Shown: positions 23,658 to 33,035 of the stretch, piece after piece
Position numbering within the stretch: position 1 is the stretch's first letter
How the letters are laid out: every line of letters begins with the position of its first letter
NCBI GenBank assembly: GCA_014874485.1
Contig: JADBJK010000055.1
Span: 10,243-74,242 of the forward strand
DNA from: Chloroflexota bacterium
GTDB taxonomy: Bacteria > Chloroflexota > Anaerolineae > DTLA01
DNA: 64,000 bases
Direction of reading: 5' to 3'
Notes under the pieces: generated by a model
Told to the model about the DNA's origin: nothing
The model's database searches: none
What the model saw: the letters and a program-made list of their open reading frames with translations, nothing else
Program-made: the position numbers and the translations under genes

Positions 23658-24878
23658 TCATTCGCTTGTCGCCGGCGATTTCCGCCCGGGCAGAAACAGG
23701 ATTAGCGGAAGCGCGGCCAGGGTCGCAACCGCGCCCAGGACGAACGCCCAGCGAAGCCCGATCCAGTCGCCGAGAACGCCGGCCAGGGCAACCGCCAGCG
23801 CGTAGATGATGAAGTTCATGGAGCCGTACACCCCATTGGCCAGCGCCCGATGTTCGGGGAAACTCTCCTGCACCAGCGCGGTGAGCACCGTCGGCACACA
23901 CAGCGACGTGAACCCCAGCAGGAGCAGCATCCCGACCTGGGCAAGCCCGCGCGTGGACAGGAAGGCGAACATGCACAGCGGCGCGGTCGTGAACAGCAGC
24001 GCCAGCGTCTGCCTTCGCCCCAGCGAGTCGCTCACCGAACCCGCCGCCAGCGCCCCGGCCACGCCCGCGGCCTGGAGTATGGACAGCGACGCGCCCGCCA
24101 CCCACAGGCTTGCGCCACGGTCCCGCAGGAACACCGGCAGGAACGTGGTGATCGCGGCGACCATGGGCGACCGCAGGAGCGTGATGCCGATAAGCGGGAG
24201 CAGCAGCGGCTTCATCCCCGGCAGAATCTGCCGCCAACTGCCCACGCGCACGTTGCTCGCGGGCGCGGTCTGGGCCGCCGACAGGCGCGAGGCGATGAAC
24301 AGCGCGGTCAGGACGCCGATGATCATCAGCCAGGGCAGCCCCTTCAGGCCGAGGAACTGTATCGCACTCACGAGCAGGACAGGCCCGATGGTGTAACCCA
24401 GTTCGCCGCCCACCATCCAGATGCCGATGCCGCGCCCAAGCCGCCTGCCGGCCAGCCGCCCCGCCAGCGGCGGCGCTACCGAATGGAACGCAGCGGAACT
24501 CAACCCCGCCAGGGTGAGCATCAGCGCCACGATGCCATACGCGGGCGCTACACCCAGCAGGCTCATCAGGATGCCAGTTACGGCCGGGCCGAGGATGACC
24601 AACAGGCGCAGGTTGACCTTGTCGGCCAGGTGGCCGATGACCGGCTGCAACACCGACGGCCACTGCAGGAACACCATGAGCAGGCCCGCCTCCGTCTTGG
24701 ACAGGGCCAGGTTGGTGATGAACGTGGGCAGGAGCGGGGCCAGGAACGACGCGTACATGTCGTGCACCGTGTGGCCCACGGCTATCGTGATGACGCGGCT
24801 TGCCTGGAACCCCTGCACTTCCCCCTCAGGGGCTGGCGGTGAAACAGGCCCTTTGCGGGCGGTAACGATGGCCTTCAT
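23658..24878 (-). CDS. MFS transporter
   Basis: 12 predicted TM segments with MFS-like loops. Start at MKAIVT preceded by AAAGAGG. The 5' extension in the track has no support. Confidence 0.85.
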   Translation of the reverse strand: MKAIVTARKGPVSPPAPEGEVQGFQASRVITIAVGHTVHDMYASFLAPLLPTFITNLALSKTEAGLLMVFLQWPSVLQPVIGHLADKVNLRLLVILGPAVTGILMSLLGVAPAYGIVALMLTLAGLSSAAFHSVAPPLAGRLAGRRLGRGIGIWMVGGELGYTIGPVLLVSAIQFLGLKGLPWLMIIGVLTALFIASRLSAAQTAPASNVRVGSWRQILPGMKPLLLPLIGITLLRSPMVAAITTFLPVFLRDRGASLWVAGASLSILQAAGVAGALAAGSVSDSLGRRQTLALLFTTAPLCMFAFLSTRGLAQVGMLLLLGFTSLCVPTVLTALVQESFPEHRALANGVYGSMNFIIYALAVALAGVLGDWIGLRWAFVLGAVATLAALPLILFLPGRKSPATSE

Positions 24879-24930
24879 GCGAACCTCTTTGCATAGGGTG
24901 GTCTCGGTGGAGGGTGGGGCGGGCGCACGG

Positions 24931-25725
24931 TCAGGTCGTGTGGCCCTGGGCCGACGCGGAGGCTCCGCTCCGGGCGACGATCCACTCGTGCGTCGTCTGC
25001 CACACGAATTCGCGCTCGCTGTCCACCGTGAGGCAGTGGCCCGAGTTGTGGAGCACGATGAGCGTCTTGTCGGCCGAGCCGATCTCGTCGTGGACGATCT
25101 GCCCGCAGTCGGTGCGGATGGACGCATCGCGGCTGCTCTGGAAGATGAGCACCGGCACCGTGATGGACGGCAGCAGGCGGCGCGCTTCCTTCTGGATGAG
25201 CGAGACCTGGTAGGCCGACTCGCCGGGGATCACGTCGTAACTCCACAGCATCTTGTGGGCCTCGGGGTCGGTCAGGTCCGAGTCCTGGGGTTCCTCCTTG
25301 CGGTTCCAGCGCATGATGTGGCGGAACGGCCGCACGAACTTCATGCGCCAGTCGCGGGCGATGAGGGCCGGCGCGTACAAGATCGCGCCCGCGATGGTCG
25401 GGTACCGCGCGGCGAGGCAAAGCGTCAGCAGCGAGCCGAGGGACAGCCCGCCGACGAACACCTGCGCGCACTCGGCCCGAAGGCGCACGAGGGCCTCCTC
25501 CGCCGAGGCGTACCAGTCGCGCCAGGTGGTTTTCGCCAGGTCGCGGTAGTCGGTCCCGTGGCCCGCCAGGAGCGGCGCGGAGACGGTGAGGCCCTGGCGG
25601 GCCAGGTACTCGCCCAGCGGGCGCATCTCGGGCGGCGAGCCGGTGAACCCGTGAATCAGCAGGCAGCCGACCGGGCCGCCGCGGAAGTAGAACGGTTTCG
25701 GGTCAAGCCAGGGATGCTGCGTCAT
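24931..25725 (-). CDS. Alpha/beta hydrolase (carboxylesterase / lysophospholipase-like)
   Basis: LLIHGFTGSPPEMRPLGEYLARQGLTVSAPLLAGHGT...GGLSLGS nucleophile elbow. Confidence 0.8.
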   Translation of the reverse strand: MTQHPWLDPKPFYFRGGPVGCLLIHGFTGSPPEMRPLGEYLARQGLTVSAPLLAGHGTDYRDLAKTTWRDWYASAEEALVRLRAECAQVFVGGLSLGSLLTLCLAARYPTIAGAILYAPALIARDWRMKFVRPFRHIMRWNRKEEPQDSDLTDPEAHKMLWSYDVIPGESAYQVSLIQKEARRLLPSITVPVLIFQSSRDASIRTDCGQIVHDEIGSADKTLIVLHNSGHCLTVDSEREFVWQTTHEWIVARSGASASAQGHTT

Positions 25726-25749
25726 CTTGCCTTGCCTCCGATGGCGATC

Positions 25750-27072
25750 TCATGCGCGGGGCGCATCCGCCCGCCGGACGATGAGTTTCACGCCGTCCAC
25801 GGCGGTAACGACGACCCGCTCGCCCGCGCGGATGGGCGGGTCCTCTGCCACCGCCGACCAGGACTCGCTCCCGGCCAGGACGATGCCCGACGGGTTCAGG
25901 TCCACCTGCACGATGCCCTCCACGCCCACGAGCGTTTGCACGCCCACCGGCACGCGGAGGCGTTGGGCGCGAACCCCCGCCGACAGGGCGAACAGGAACA
26001 GGGCCGCCGTCCCCGCCGTAACCCCCGCGATGAGCCATCGGTTCACGTTGAGGTGGGGCAGCGTGGGCGAGGGCGGCGTGAGCGGGCTGAACAGGATGAG
26101 CGAGCCGAGGATGAGCGCGATGGCCCCGCCGACGCTGAGCGCGAACCCGGACACCTTGATGTCCAGCGCGAAGAAGATGAGCGCCAGCACGATGAGGGCG
26201 ATCCCGCCCCAGTTCAGCGGCAGGCTCTCCGAGATGATGAAGGCCAGCACCAGGCAAATCGCGCCGGTGATTCCGGGCAACACCGCGCCCGGGTGGTACA
26301 ACTCAATGATGATAGCGAGCATCCCGATAATCCACAGGACGTAGGCGATGTCGGGGTTGACCAGGGTATGCAGGAACGACTCAAACGGCGTCATCCGCGT
26401 ATCCACAAGGACCGCGCCGCGCGTGGACAGGGCTACCTCGCCGGCCGCGGTCTTGACCGTGCGGCCGTCCAGCGCGGCGACAAGGCTCGGCAAATCGTCG
26501 GCCAGCAGGTCCACCACGTTCAGCCGCAGGGCCTCCTGGGATGTGATGGCCAGGCTCTTGACCACCGACTCCTCGGCCCACTGGGCGTTGCGGCCGTAGC
26601 GTTCGGCCAGAGACCGCGCCAGGGCCGCCGCGTCCTGGGTAACCTTGTCGCCCAGGACGCCGGGGATATCCCCGCCGCTGGCGTCAACCGGATGGGCGGC
26701 ACCGATGCTGGTGGAGGGCGCCATGGCCGCGACGTGCGCCGCGAGCGCGATGAACGTCCCCGCGGACCCGGCCCGCGCCCCGGGCGGCGAGACATATACG
26801 GCCACCGGCACAGGCGACCCCAGAATCAACTGCACCATGTCGCGCATGGACTGAAGCGAGCCGCCGGGCGTGTCCAGCACGATGACGTACAGCGACGCCT
26901 GAGTTTGCCCCAGCGCGCGCTGGACGTAGCGCGTCGTTACGGGGTCAATGATGCCCTTGACGTAGAGCACGCGCACCGTTGGCTGTGGAGCCTGCGCCTG
27001 CGCATGGTGGCTCCCCACCGCCGACAACACGACCAACCCCAGGAGCGCAACCAGAACCAGTTTTCTCATCAT
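25750..27072 (-). CDS. NfeD-family membrane-bound serine protease (ClpP-class)
   Basis: Signal/TM segment, a ClpP-like domain VIVLDTPGGSLQSMRDMVQLI, central TM segments, and a C-terminal OB-fold domain. Confidence 0.8.
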   Translation of the reverse strand: MMRKLVLVALLGLVVLSAVGSHHAQAQAPQPTVRVLYVKGIIDPVTTRYVQRALGQTQASLYVIVLDTPGGSLQSMRDMVQLILGSPVPVAVYVSPPGARAGSAGTFIALAAHVAAMAPSTSIGAAHPVDASGGDIPGVLGDKVTQDAAALARSLAERYGRNAQWAEESVVKSLAITSQEALRLNVVDLLADDLPSLVAALDGRTVKTAAGEVALSTRGAVLVDTRMTPFESFLHTLVNPDIAYVLWIIGMLAIIIELYHPGAVLPGITGAICLVLAFIISESLPLNWGGIALIVLALIFFALDIKVSGFALSVGGAIALILGSLILFSPLTPPSPTLPHLNVNRWLIAGVTAGTAALFLFALSAGVRAQRLRVPVGVQTLVGVEGIVQVDLNPSGIVLAGSESWSAVAEDPPIRAGERVVVTAVDGVKLIVRRADAPRA

Positions 27073-27184
27073 CTCCACCCACCCAGAACGCGCTTGAACC
27101 CGCACCGTGAGTATAGCAAGGGGCTAGCCGCCGCGCAAGAACGGGTCGGGCGGAAGACCACTTGCCCCCCGTGGACGTTCGCAT

Positions 27185-27600
27185 CACGAAAGCCACGAAA
27201 GGCACGGAGGGCTTTTCGGGCCTTTCGCGCCATTTCGCGGCTTTCGCGCTCCAAATCCCTGCGGGCGCACGGGTCGCGCAGCGTGCGTCATCGCCTCGCG
27301 CGTGGCGGCCAGCACTTGACCCCAGAGAAAACTGTCCGTTGGCATTGCTTCGCTCGCAATAACGTGGGAAGCACTTGCGACGCACTCGGAGGTGCGCCGC
27401 AAGTGGAAGCATCAGCGAAGCGAAGCCTCTTGGTTAGCGAGATTCTTCGGCGCTCCGCGCCTCAGAATGACAATGTCCTCTGTCATGCTTCGCTTCGCTC
27501 AGCATCTCGGTTGGCGAGATTCTTCGGCGCTGCGCGCCTCAGTAGGGACAATTCATGAATTGTCCCTACGGGCGCTGCGCTCTTCGCAAGGGCATGCCGT
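27185..27600. repeat. Cluster of dispersed palindromic repeats: cacgaaag family, TTGCGACGCACtCGGAGGTGCGcCGCAA palindrome, family-1 element, and GTAGGGACAATTCATGAATTGTCCCTAC REP-like palindrome
   Basis: Direct reading. The same motifs recur at 36380-36600, 40850-41090 and 53356-53385. Confidence 0.85.
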
Positions 27601-27653
27601 CAAGAATCCAAGCGGAGAAGCCCCTGCTCCCCGCCGTCAGGCTGTTCGGCTCG

Positions 27654-29123
27654 TTACCACCGATACCGCACGGTGTAGGTGATCTTGGCCTCGCCGTCCT
27701 TGGGCACGTTCACGCGGAACTCCACGCTGGTGGCGTCCAGTTTGGTGTAGTCGTGGCTCTTGGTCGTAATCTCCCACTCGCTCCAGCGGAACAGGTGCTC
27801 CACCACCCGCACCTCCACCGCCTCGCTCTTGTGGTTGCGGACGCTGATCTCAAAACTCTCCTCAATGGCCCGCTCGCCCAGCGTCTTGAAGTCAGTCTGC
27901 TTGCGCTCGCCCACGATGTCAAAGGCGTCGCCCAGGTACAGGCGCACGCGCTCGTCCTTGGGCGTGTGGTCAATGGCATCCTCGCCCACGAACTCGGTCC
28001 CGCCGCCCGTGTCCTCCTTGTACACGCGCACACGGCCCTTGGGCAGCGGCACGCCCAGCCCGTCGGCCTCGGAGTTCTTGAACTCCACCAGCACCATGAC
28101 CTTCTTGTTGCTCGTGGGGCCGTAGGTGGGGTCGGTGATGGGGCCGTAGTAATACCACGACCCGCCGCCCAGGCCGTCGTACACATAAATCTTCTCGGCC
28201 TTGACGCCTTCCGCGCTCACGAATTCAATCTGCTTGGTCTGCTGGTCCTTCACCGTTACGGGCCGCTGCACCTCGTACAGGTGATACTCAAAGAACTGAC
28301 GCTCGGCCACCTGTTCAGGCGTCGGCGCGAGGCCGGCCTTGCGGGCCAGGTCGTAGGCGGTGAGTTCCTGCGCGGGCTGGACGCGGTGGATGTCGCCGGC
28401 GATGAGTTTCAGCCGCGCGTCCTTGTACGTCGCGCCGCTGCGGTTGTCCACCGTAACCCAGCCGTTCAGCCCCAGCGAGGCGTCGTCGGCGGCCAGCACC
28501 ACCACGTAGTCCGCAGACCACGTGATGCCGCTCGTGAGGTACGTTACTTCCACGTTGTGGGTACCGGACTTGGCCGCGTCCAACTGCCACAGGAGCGACG
28601 GCTTGGTGATGAGGCCCTCGGGGAGCGCCGGAAACTGGAACTCGCGCACCTGATTGGCCTTGACGACGGTTACCTTGCCGTCGGTGCCCTGCAGGATGAT
28701 GTCGTCGGCCCCGCTGAGCAGTTTGCCGGTGTACACGCTCCCATCCTCGGTAACCAGCGTGATCTGCTGGTCCAGGTACTTGTGCAGCAGTTTGGCCGAC
28801 CCCACGACATCGTACTCGTAGTTCTGCTCCAGCACGGTGGTGCCTTCGGGGTCGGTCAGGGAGCGGAAGTGGACCGAGGTGGGGTCAATGCCCGATGCCA
28901 CGTCGGAGAAGCGGACGAAGTTCAGGCCCTTCTCCAGCGTCATCGGTCGGCGGTCTTTCACGAGGCCCAGGTCCGAGTTGTACACCGTCAACTCCACGCC
29001 GGGCGACTCGGCGCGGGCGGGCGTGGGCGATAGCCGCGCCGCCAGGTTGCTGCCGGCGGAACACGCGGCCAGTGCCAGCACCGCCACTACGGACAGAACG
29101 CGAAACCAACGTGCGTATCTCAT
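27654..29123 (-). CDS. DUF4139 domain lipoprotein (mucoidy-inhibitor MuiA-like family)
   Basis: Lipoprotein signal ...LALAACSAG, 489 aa. Start at MRYARWF preceded by GGAGGGA. Confidence 0.75.
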   Translation of the reverse strand: MRYARWFRVLSVVAVLALAACSAGSNLAARLSPTPARAESPGVELTVYNSDLGLVKDRRPMTLEKGLNFVRFSDVASGIDPTSVHFRSLTDPEGTTVLEQNYEYDVVGSAKLLHKYLDQQITLVTEDGSVYTGKLLSGADDIILQGTDGKVTVVKANQVREFQFPALPEGLITKPSLLWQLDAAKSGTHNVEVTYLTSGITWSADYVVVLAADDASLGLNGWVTVDNRSGATYKDARLKLIAGDIHRVQPAQELTAYDLARKAGLAPTPEQVAERQFFEYHLYEVQRPVTVKDQQTKQIEFVSAEGVKAEKIYVYDGLGGGSWYYYGPITDPTYGPTSNKKVMVLVEFKNSEADGLGVPLPKGRVRVYKEDTGGGTEFVGEDAIDHTPKDERVRLYLGDAFDIVGERKQTDFKTLGERAIEESFEISVRNHKSEAVEVRVVEHLFRWSEWEITTKSHDYTKLDATSVEFRVNVPKDGEAKITYTVRYRW

Positions 29124-29270
29124 GTCTCCCTCCTGCGACAGACTGCGGTATATGCGCCTTTGAGACGCCTGCGCAGGGGCGTTTGTTCCGCGAGGCGGCA
29201 TCCCCGCCTTCGGCTTCCTCACGTTCGCGTGTGGTGAGGGGGACCAGGGGTAAGGTAGCCCGCTCTGCGG

Positions 29271-29458
29271 GTGCACTTCAGTTTGGGGACAAGGCTGCTG
29301 CAATGGGCAGTCTCTTTCGCCGCCAGACGTAGGGCGATGGGGTTGCTGGACCTCACCTAACCCCTCCCACACCCTCCCCTTTCCTCTCCGCGGGCGGAGA
29401 GGAAAGGGGAGGGCCGGGGTGGGGATAGGTGAGGTAGATTCTGCGCGAAAACCCAACG
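29271..29458 (+). repeat. Copy B of the about 190-bp C-rich hairpin element seen at 6770-6962
   Basis: About 90% identical to copy A, in the same orientation. It lies in the divergent promoter region between the DUF4139 gene and arsR. Confidence 0.8.
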
Positions 29459-29546
29459 CCATTCGGTAACTCTTGCCCCGAAATGGAAACGCACCTCGTC
29501 CCGCCCGCAACTTGACAAGGCCGCGGCGCGGTGTATCCTACTGGGT

Positions 29547-29924
29547 ATGAGAGCAAGAACGCTGGACAACGGCTATGCCGCCATGGCGAAACTGCACAAG
29601 GTGCTATCCCACCCGGTGCGCCTCCGCATCCTGGAGATGCTGGCCCAGTGCGGGGAGGCGTGCGTGTGCCACCTCACCGCGGCGCTGGGGCGGCGGCAGC
29701 CCTACATCTCCCAGCAACTGGCCATCCTGCGCGAGGCCGGCCTCATCGCCGAACGCCGCGACGGCACGCTCATGTACTACCGGCTCACCGACGAGCGGGT
29801 GATGGACCTCATCGCCGCGAGCCGCAATTGGGCTGCGGCCAAATACGGGGAGTCGGTGCAATTCCCCTCGTCGGAGGAGGGTCCGCTGCCAGGATGTTCT
29901 TGCCCCGTGTGCTCCAGAGACTGA
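29547..29924 (+). CDS. arsR: ArsR/SmtB family metalloregulator with an As(III)-type CVC site and a C-terminal CSCPVC cluster
   Basis: HPVRLRILEMLAQCGEACVCHLTAAL (type-1 ArsR ELCVCDL-like site), wHTH, and C-terminal GCSCPVCSRD. Confidence 0.85.
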   Translation: MRARTLDNGYAAMAKLHKVLSHPVRLRILEMLAQCGEACVCHLTAALGRRQPYISQQLAILREAGLIAERRDGTLMYYRLTDERVMDLIAASRNWAAAKYGESVQFPSSEEGPLPGCSCPVCSRD

Positions 29925-30039
29925 CGGCCTTTACTTTTGCCGCCGAGACATTCAGAACAATGCATATTTGACAGCGGGGCAGCACGGGGTATACTTCAAA
30001 TGGGCAGCACGCCCTGTGCTTACCACCGGGATTGTTGAT

Positions 30040-30115
30040 AGTCTGTCATTGCGAGGGGCGAAGCCCCGAAGCAATCTCCGGCGCGCGAGATTGCTTCGCT
30101 TCGCTCGCAATGACA
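30040..30115. repeat. Family-1 palindromic element (tgtcattgcgaggggcgaagccccgaagcaatctcc...gagattgcttcgcttcgctcgcaatgaca)
   Basis: A near-perfect inverted repeat. The same family occurs at more than 10 loci in this window. Confidence 0.85.
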
Positions 30116-30213
30116 ACAGGCAACTTACTCTGTGGTCAACTACCAGGGCGCCAGCCTAAGGCCATGCCCCATTTCCGAGCCACACCGATGCAAGCGCGCA
30201 GGGAGGATGCACA

Positions 30214-30741
30214 ATGCTGTGCAAGGAGTACGACCTGGAAGTCATCTCGCCACCATGCGATCCGGGATCGGAGCGCTGGAGCGCCTTCGTGCGGCTCCAG
30301 GAGGACATCAGCGAGGTCATGCCCTACCTCAATACACTGTGGAAGAATGCTATCTACGACCATGAAAACCGCATCCTGACGATGGTGCGGGGAGGCCGCC
30401 GCTACACCCTCCGCCCGCACGAGGTGGCCATTAGCAACCTGGAGGACCGCCAGGAGGCCCAGCGCGTGGCCGAGCGCATTTTGGATGAGATCAACAGGGT
30501 GTGGGACAGGCGGCATGAGATCGTGCCTTCCTACGAGAAGCGCCACCAGCCCACCGTGATGGAAATCTACAAACTCCTGCCGGGCGGGAACTGCAAGCAG
30601 TGCGGCGACCCCACCTGCTTCGTCTTCGCCAGCAAACTGGTGGCCGGGACGACGGAACTGACGCGCTGCGTGCGCCTCTACGAAGCGGAGTTCGCCGACA
30701 AGCGAGCGCGCCTGGAGGAGATTCTGGGGTTGGTGGGTTGA
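30214..30741 (+). CDS. Small Fe-S protein with a CX2CX4CX16C (CFeSP/AcsC-type, PF04060-like) cluster motif
   Basis: NCKQCGDPTCFVFASKLVAGTTELTRC has the exact 2/4/16 Cys spacing. GGGAGG RBS. Confidence 0.6.
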   Translation: MLCKEYDLEVISPPCDPGSERWSAFVRLQEDISEVMPYLNTLWKNAIYDHENRILTMVRGGRRYTLRPHEVAISNLEDRQEAQRVAERILDEINRVWDRRHEIVPSYEKRHQPTVMEIYKLLPGGNCKQCGDPTCFVFASKLVAGTTELTRCVRLYEAEFADKRARLEEILGLVG

Positions 30742-30749
30742 GACATTCT

Positions 30750-32675
30750 TTGAAGTCCATAGCCGTGCCCCCAACAAAGTGCCTCTTCCGCCTAGCCGCC
30801 CTGATCGTCATCCTGGCGCTGGCCCTGTTGCCGACGGCCATCCACGCCCAGCAGCCGGTCGTCCGCGCCGTGCTGTTCTACTCGGACACCTGCCCGGTCT
30901 GCCACACGGTGCTGGAACAAGTCCTGCCGCCCCTTCAGGCGCAGTACGGCTCGCAACTGGAAATCGCGAAGGTGGAGATCACCCCGCCGGCGAACTACGA
31001 ACTCCTGCTGCACATGGAGCAGGTGCACGGCGTCCCGCCGGACAAGGGGGTGGTGCCCGAACTGTTCATCGGCGACCGCGTGCTGTTCGGTGCCGACGAG
31101 ATTCGCGACAACCTGCCCGCGCTGATCCAGACCTACGCGGCGCAGGGCGGCGTGGACTGGCCCGCGGGCTACGGCGACCAGGCGGGACCCACCACGTGGC
31201 CGCCCACCGGCGTCAAGCCCACGCCCAAGGCGTGCCATATCTGCGACGAGGGCGACCCCGTCGTGAAGATGTACTTCTTCTGGAGCAGCCTCTGCCCCGA
31301 ATGCCGCCGCGTGCAGGATGAGGTACTCGGGCCGCTGCAGGAGCGGTACGACCGCCAGTTGGTGGTGGACGCCCGCGATGTGGAGAAGTCCCCCGCCGAC
31401 TACGACCTGCTCACGGCGCTGGAGCGGCAGTTCGGCACGGGCGAAGGGGCGTTCCCGGTCATCTTCATCGGCGACCATGTGCTCCATGGCGAGCAGGCGG
31501 CCCGCGAACAGCTGGCCGCGCTGGTGGAATACTACATGAACGAGGGCGGCGTGGATTTCCCCAAACTGACCGGCCCCGCCGCGCCATCGGGCACGCCCAC
31601 CGGCCAGCAGCCCGCCATCCACCTGGCCTACTTCTACCAGGTGGGCTGCCACGAGTGCGACCGCGCCCAGTATGACCTGAAGTACTTGCAGAGCAAGTAC
31701 CCGCAGTTGCAGGTTCACGAGTACGACATCAAGGAGCAGGCCGCGCTGGCTGAGTGGCTGGGCGAACGCACCGGCGTGCCGCTGAACAAGCGCCTCACCG
31801 CGCCCGCGGCATTCGTCGGTTCGGACTTCCTGCTGGGCGGGGACATCAACGCCCAGACGCTGGAGAACGTCGTGAAGAAGTACGCGGCGACCGGCAGCGA
31901 GGCCTACTGGCGGGAGCAGGAAGACCTGTCGCAGGCGGGCGAGAGCATCCTGAGCCGCTTCCGCTCGTTCGGCGCGCTCACGGTCGTGGCCGCGGGCCTG
32001 GTGGACGGGCTGAACCCGTGCGCCTTCGCCACCATCGTGTTCTTCATCTCGTACCTGGCCTTCACGGGGCGCAAGGGCCGCGACATCCTGCTGGTGGGGG
32101 GCATGTTCGCCCTGGGCGTCTTCCTGACGTACCTGGGCGTCGGGGTGGGCCTGCTCAAGTTCCTGGCCAGCCTGCCGTTCCTGCCCGCCATCGGCCGCTA
32201 CCTGTACGGCTTCACGGCGGCGCTGTGCTTGCTCCTGGCGATAGGCAGCCTGTACGACTGGTATCAGGCGCGGCGCGGGCGGCCCGAAGAGATGAAACTG
32301 AAACTGCCCACGCGGATGCGCCGCTGGATCAACCGCGTCATCCGCGAAGGGGCCAGTGCGCGGGCTATCGCGGGGGTTGCGTTCATCACCGGCGCGGTTG
32401 TGTCTCTGATTGAGTTGGCCTGCACCGGACAGGTTTACCTGCCTACCATCCTGTTCGTCCTCGGCGTGCCGGCGTTGAGGGTGCGGGCGTTGGCCTATCT
32501 GCTGGTGTACAACATCGCGTTCGTAGTGCCGCTCGTCATCGTGTTCCTCATGGCCTACTGGGGGACGACATCGGAGCGGCTTGGGCAGTTCATCAACCGT
32601 CGCGCCGGCACCATCAAACTGGCGACCGCAGGGCTGTTCACCCTGCTGGCCGTTTGGATGATCACGTTCCTGTGA
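30750..32675 (+). CDS. Fusion protein: signal peptide, three glutaredoxin/thioredoxin-like CxxC domains (CPVC, CPEC, CHEC), and a C-terminal CcdA/DsbD-type thiol-disulfide transporter
   Basis: Three repeats, each with a CxxC...(V/F)P..FIGD..L.G pattern. The C-terminal 6-TM region carries LNPCAFATIVFF and a second Cys, as in CcdA. Start assigned to a TTG just after the upstream stop. Confidence 0.75.
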   Translation: MKSIAVPPTKCLFRLAALIVILALALLPTAIHAQQPVVRAVLFYSDTCPVCHTVLEQVLPPLQAQYGSQLEIAKVEITPPANYELLLHMEQVHGVPPDKGVVPELFIGDRVLFGADEIRDNLPALIQTYAAQGGVDWPAGYGDQAGPTTWPPTGVKPTPKACHICDEGDPVVKMYFFWSSLCPECRRVQDEVLGPLQERYDRQLVVDARDVEKSPADYDLLTALERQFGTGEGAFPVIFIGDHVLHGEQAAREQLAALVEYYMNEGGVDFPKLTGPAAPSGTPTGQQPAIHLAYFYQVGCHECDRAQYDLKYLQSKYPQLQVHEYDIKEQAALAEWLGERTGVPLNKRLTAPAAFVGSDFLLGGDINAQTLENVVKKYAATGSEAYWREQEDLSQAGESILSRFRSFGALTVVAAGLVDGLNPCAFATIVFFISYLAFTGRKGRDILLVGGMFALGVFLTYLGVGVGLLKFLASLPFLPAIGRYLYGFTAALCLLLAIGSLYDWYQARRGRPEEMKLKLPTRMRRWINRVIREGASARAIAGVAFITGAVVSLIELACTGQVYLPTILFVLGVPALRVRALAYLLVYNIAFVVPLVIVFLMAYWGTTSERLGQFINRRAGTIKLATAGLFTLLAVWMITFL

Positions 32676-32789
32676 TAGCCGCAGCCCGCGAGCGCGGCCC
32701 CGACTTTTGGGAAAAACCGGCGTAACGTGGTATCATTGTGAGTGCGGCGCTGGCCCCGCGATGGGCATCCGGCAGCGGTGCCGCGTAGT

Positions 32790-33005
32790 ACCCTGCCACA
32801 GGGTTTCTGGATGGTGTGTCATTGCGAGGGCGCGCAGCGCCCGAAGCAATCCCAGTCCCTGTCTGTCATGCTGAGCGAAGCGAAGCATCAGCGAAGCGAA
32901 GCATCTCGGTTCACGAGATTCTTCGGCGCTCCGCGCCTCAGAATGACAGTCGGTCCGGGATTGCTTCGCTCCGCTCGCAATGACAACGGGCGGTTTTCTC
33001 TGTGG
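32790..33005. repeat. Cluster of family-1 palindromic elements (two adjacent copies)
   Basis: tgtcattgcgagggcgcgcagcgcccgaagcaatcc ... catctcggttcacgagattcttcggcgctccgcgcctcagaatgaca ... gattgcttcgctccgctcgcaatgaca. Confidence 0.85.
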
Positions 33006-33035
33006 TCTAGCAGCAGTCCACTTGTGAGGTGAAGC

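Noticed and set aside
30600-30749. GTG start at 30600 for the Grx-CcdA fusion
   Set aside because: It would overlap 140 nt of the preceding Fe-S protein gene. The signal peptide begins right after the upstream stop, so a TTG at 30750 (or a GTG at about 30765) is the more plausible start.
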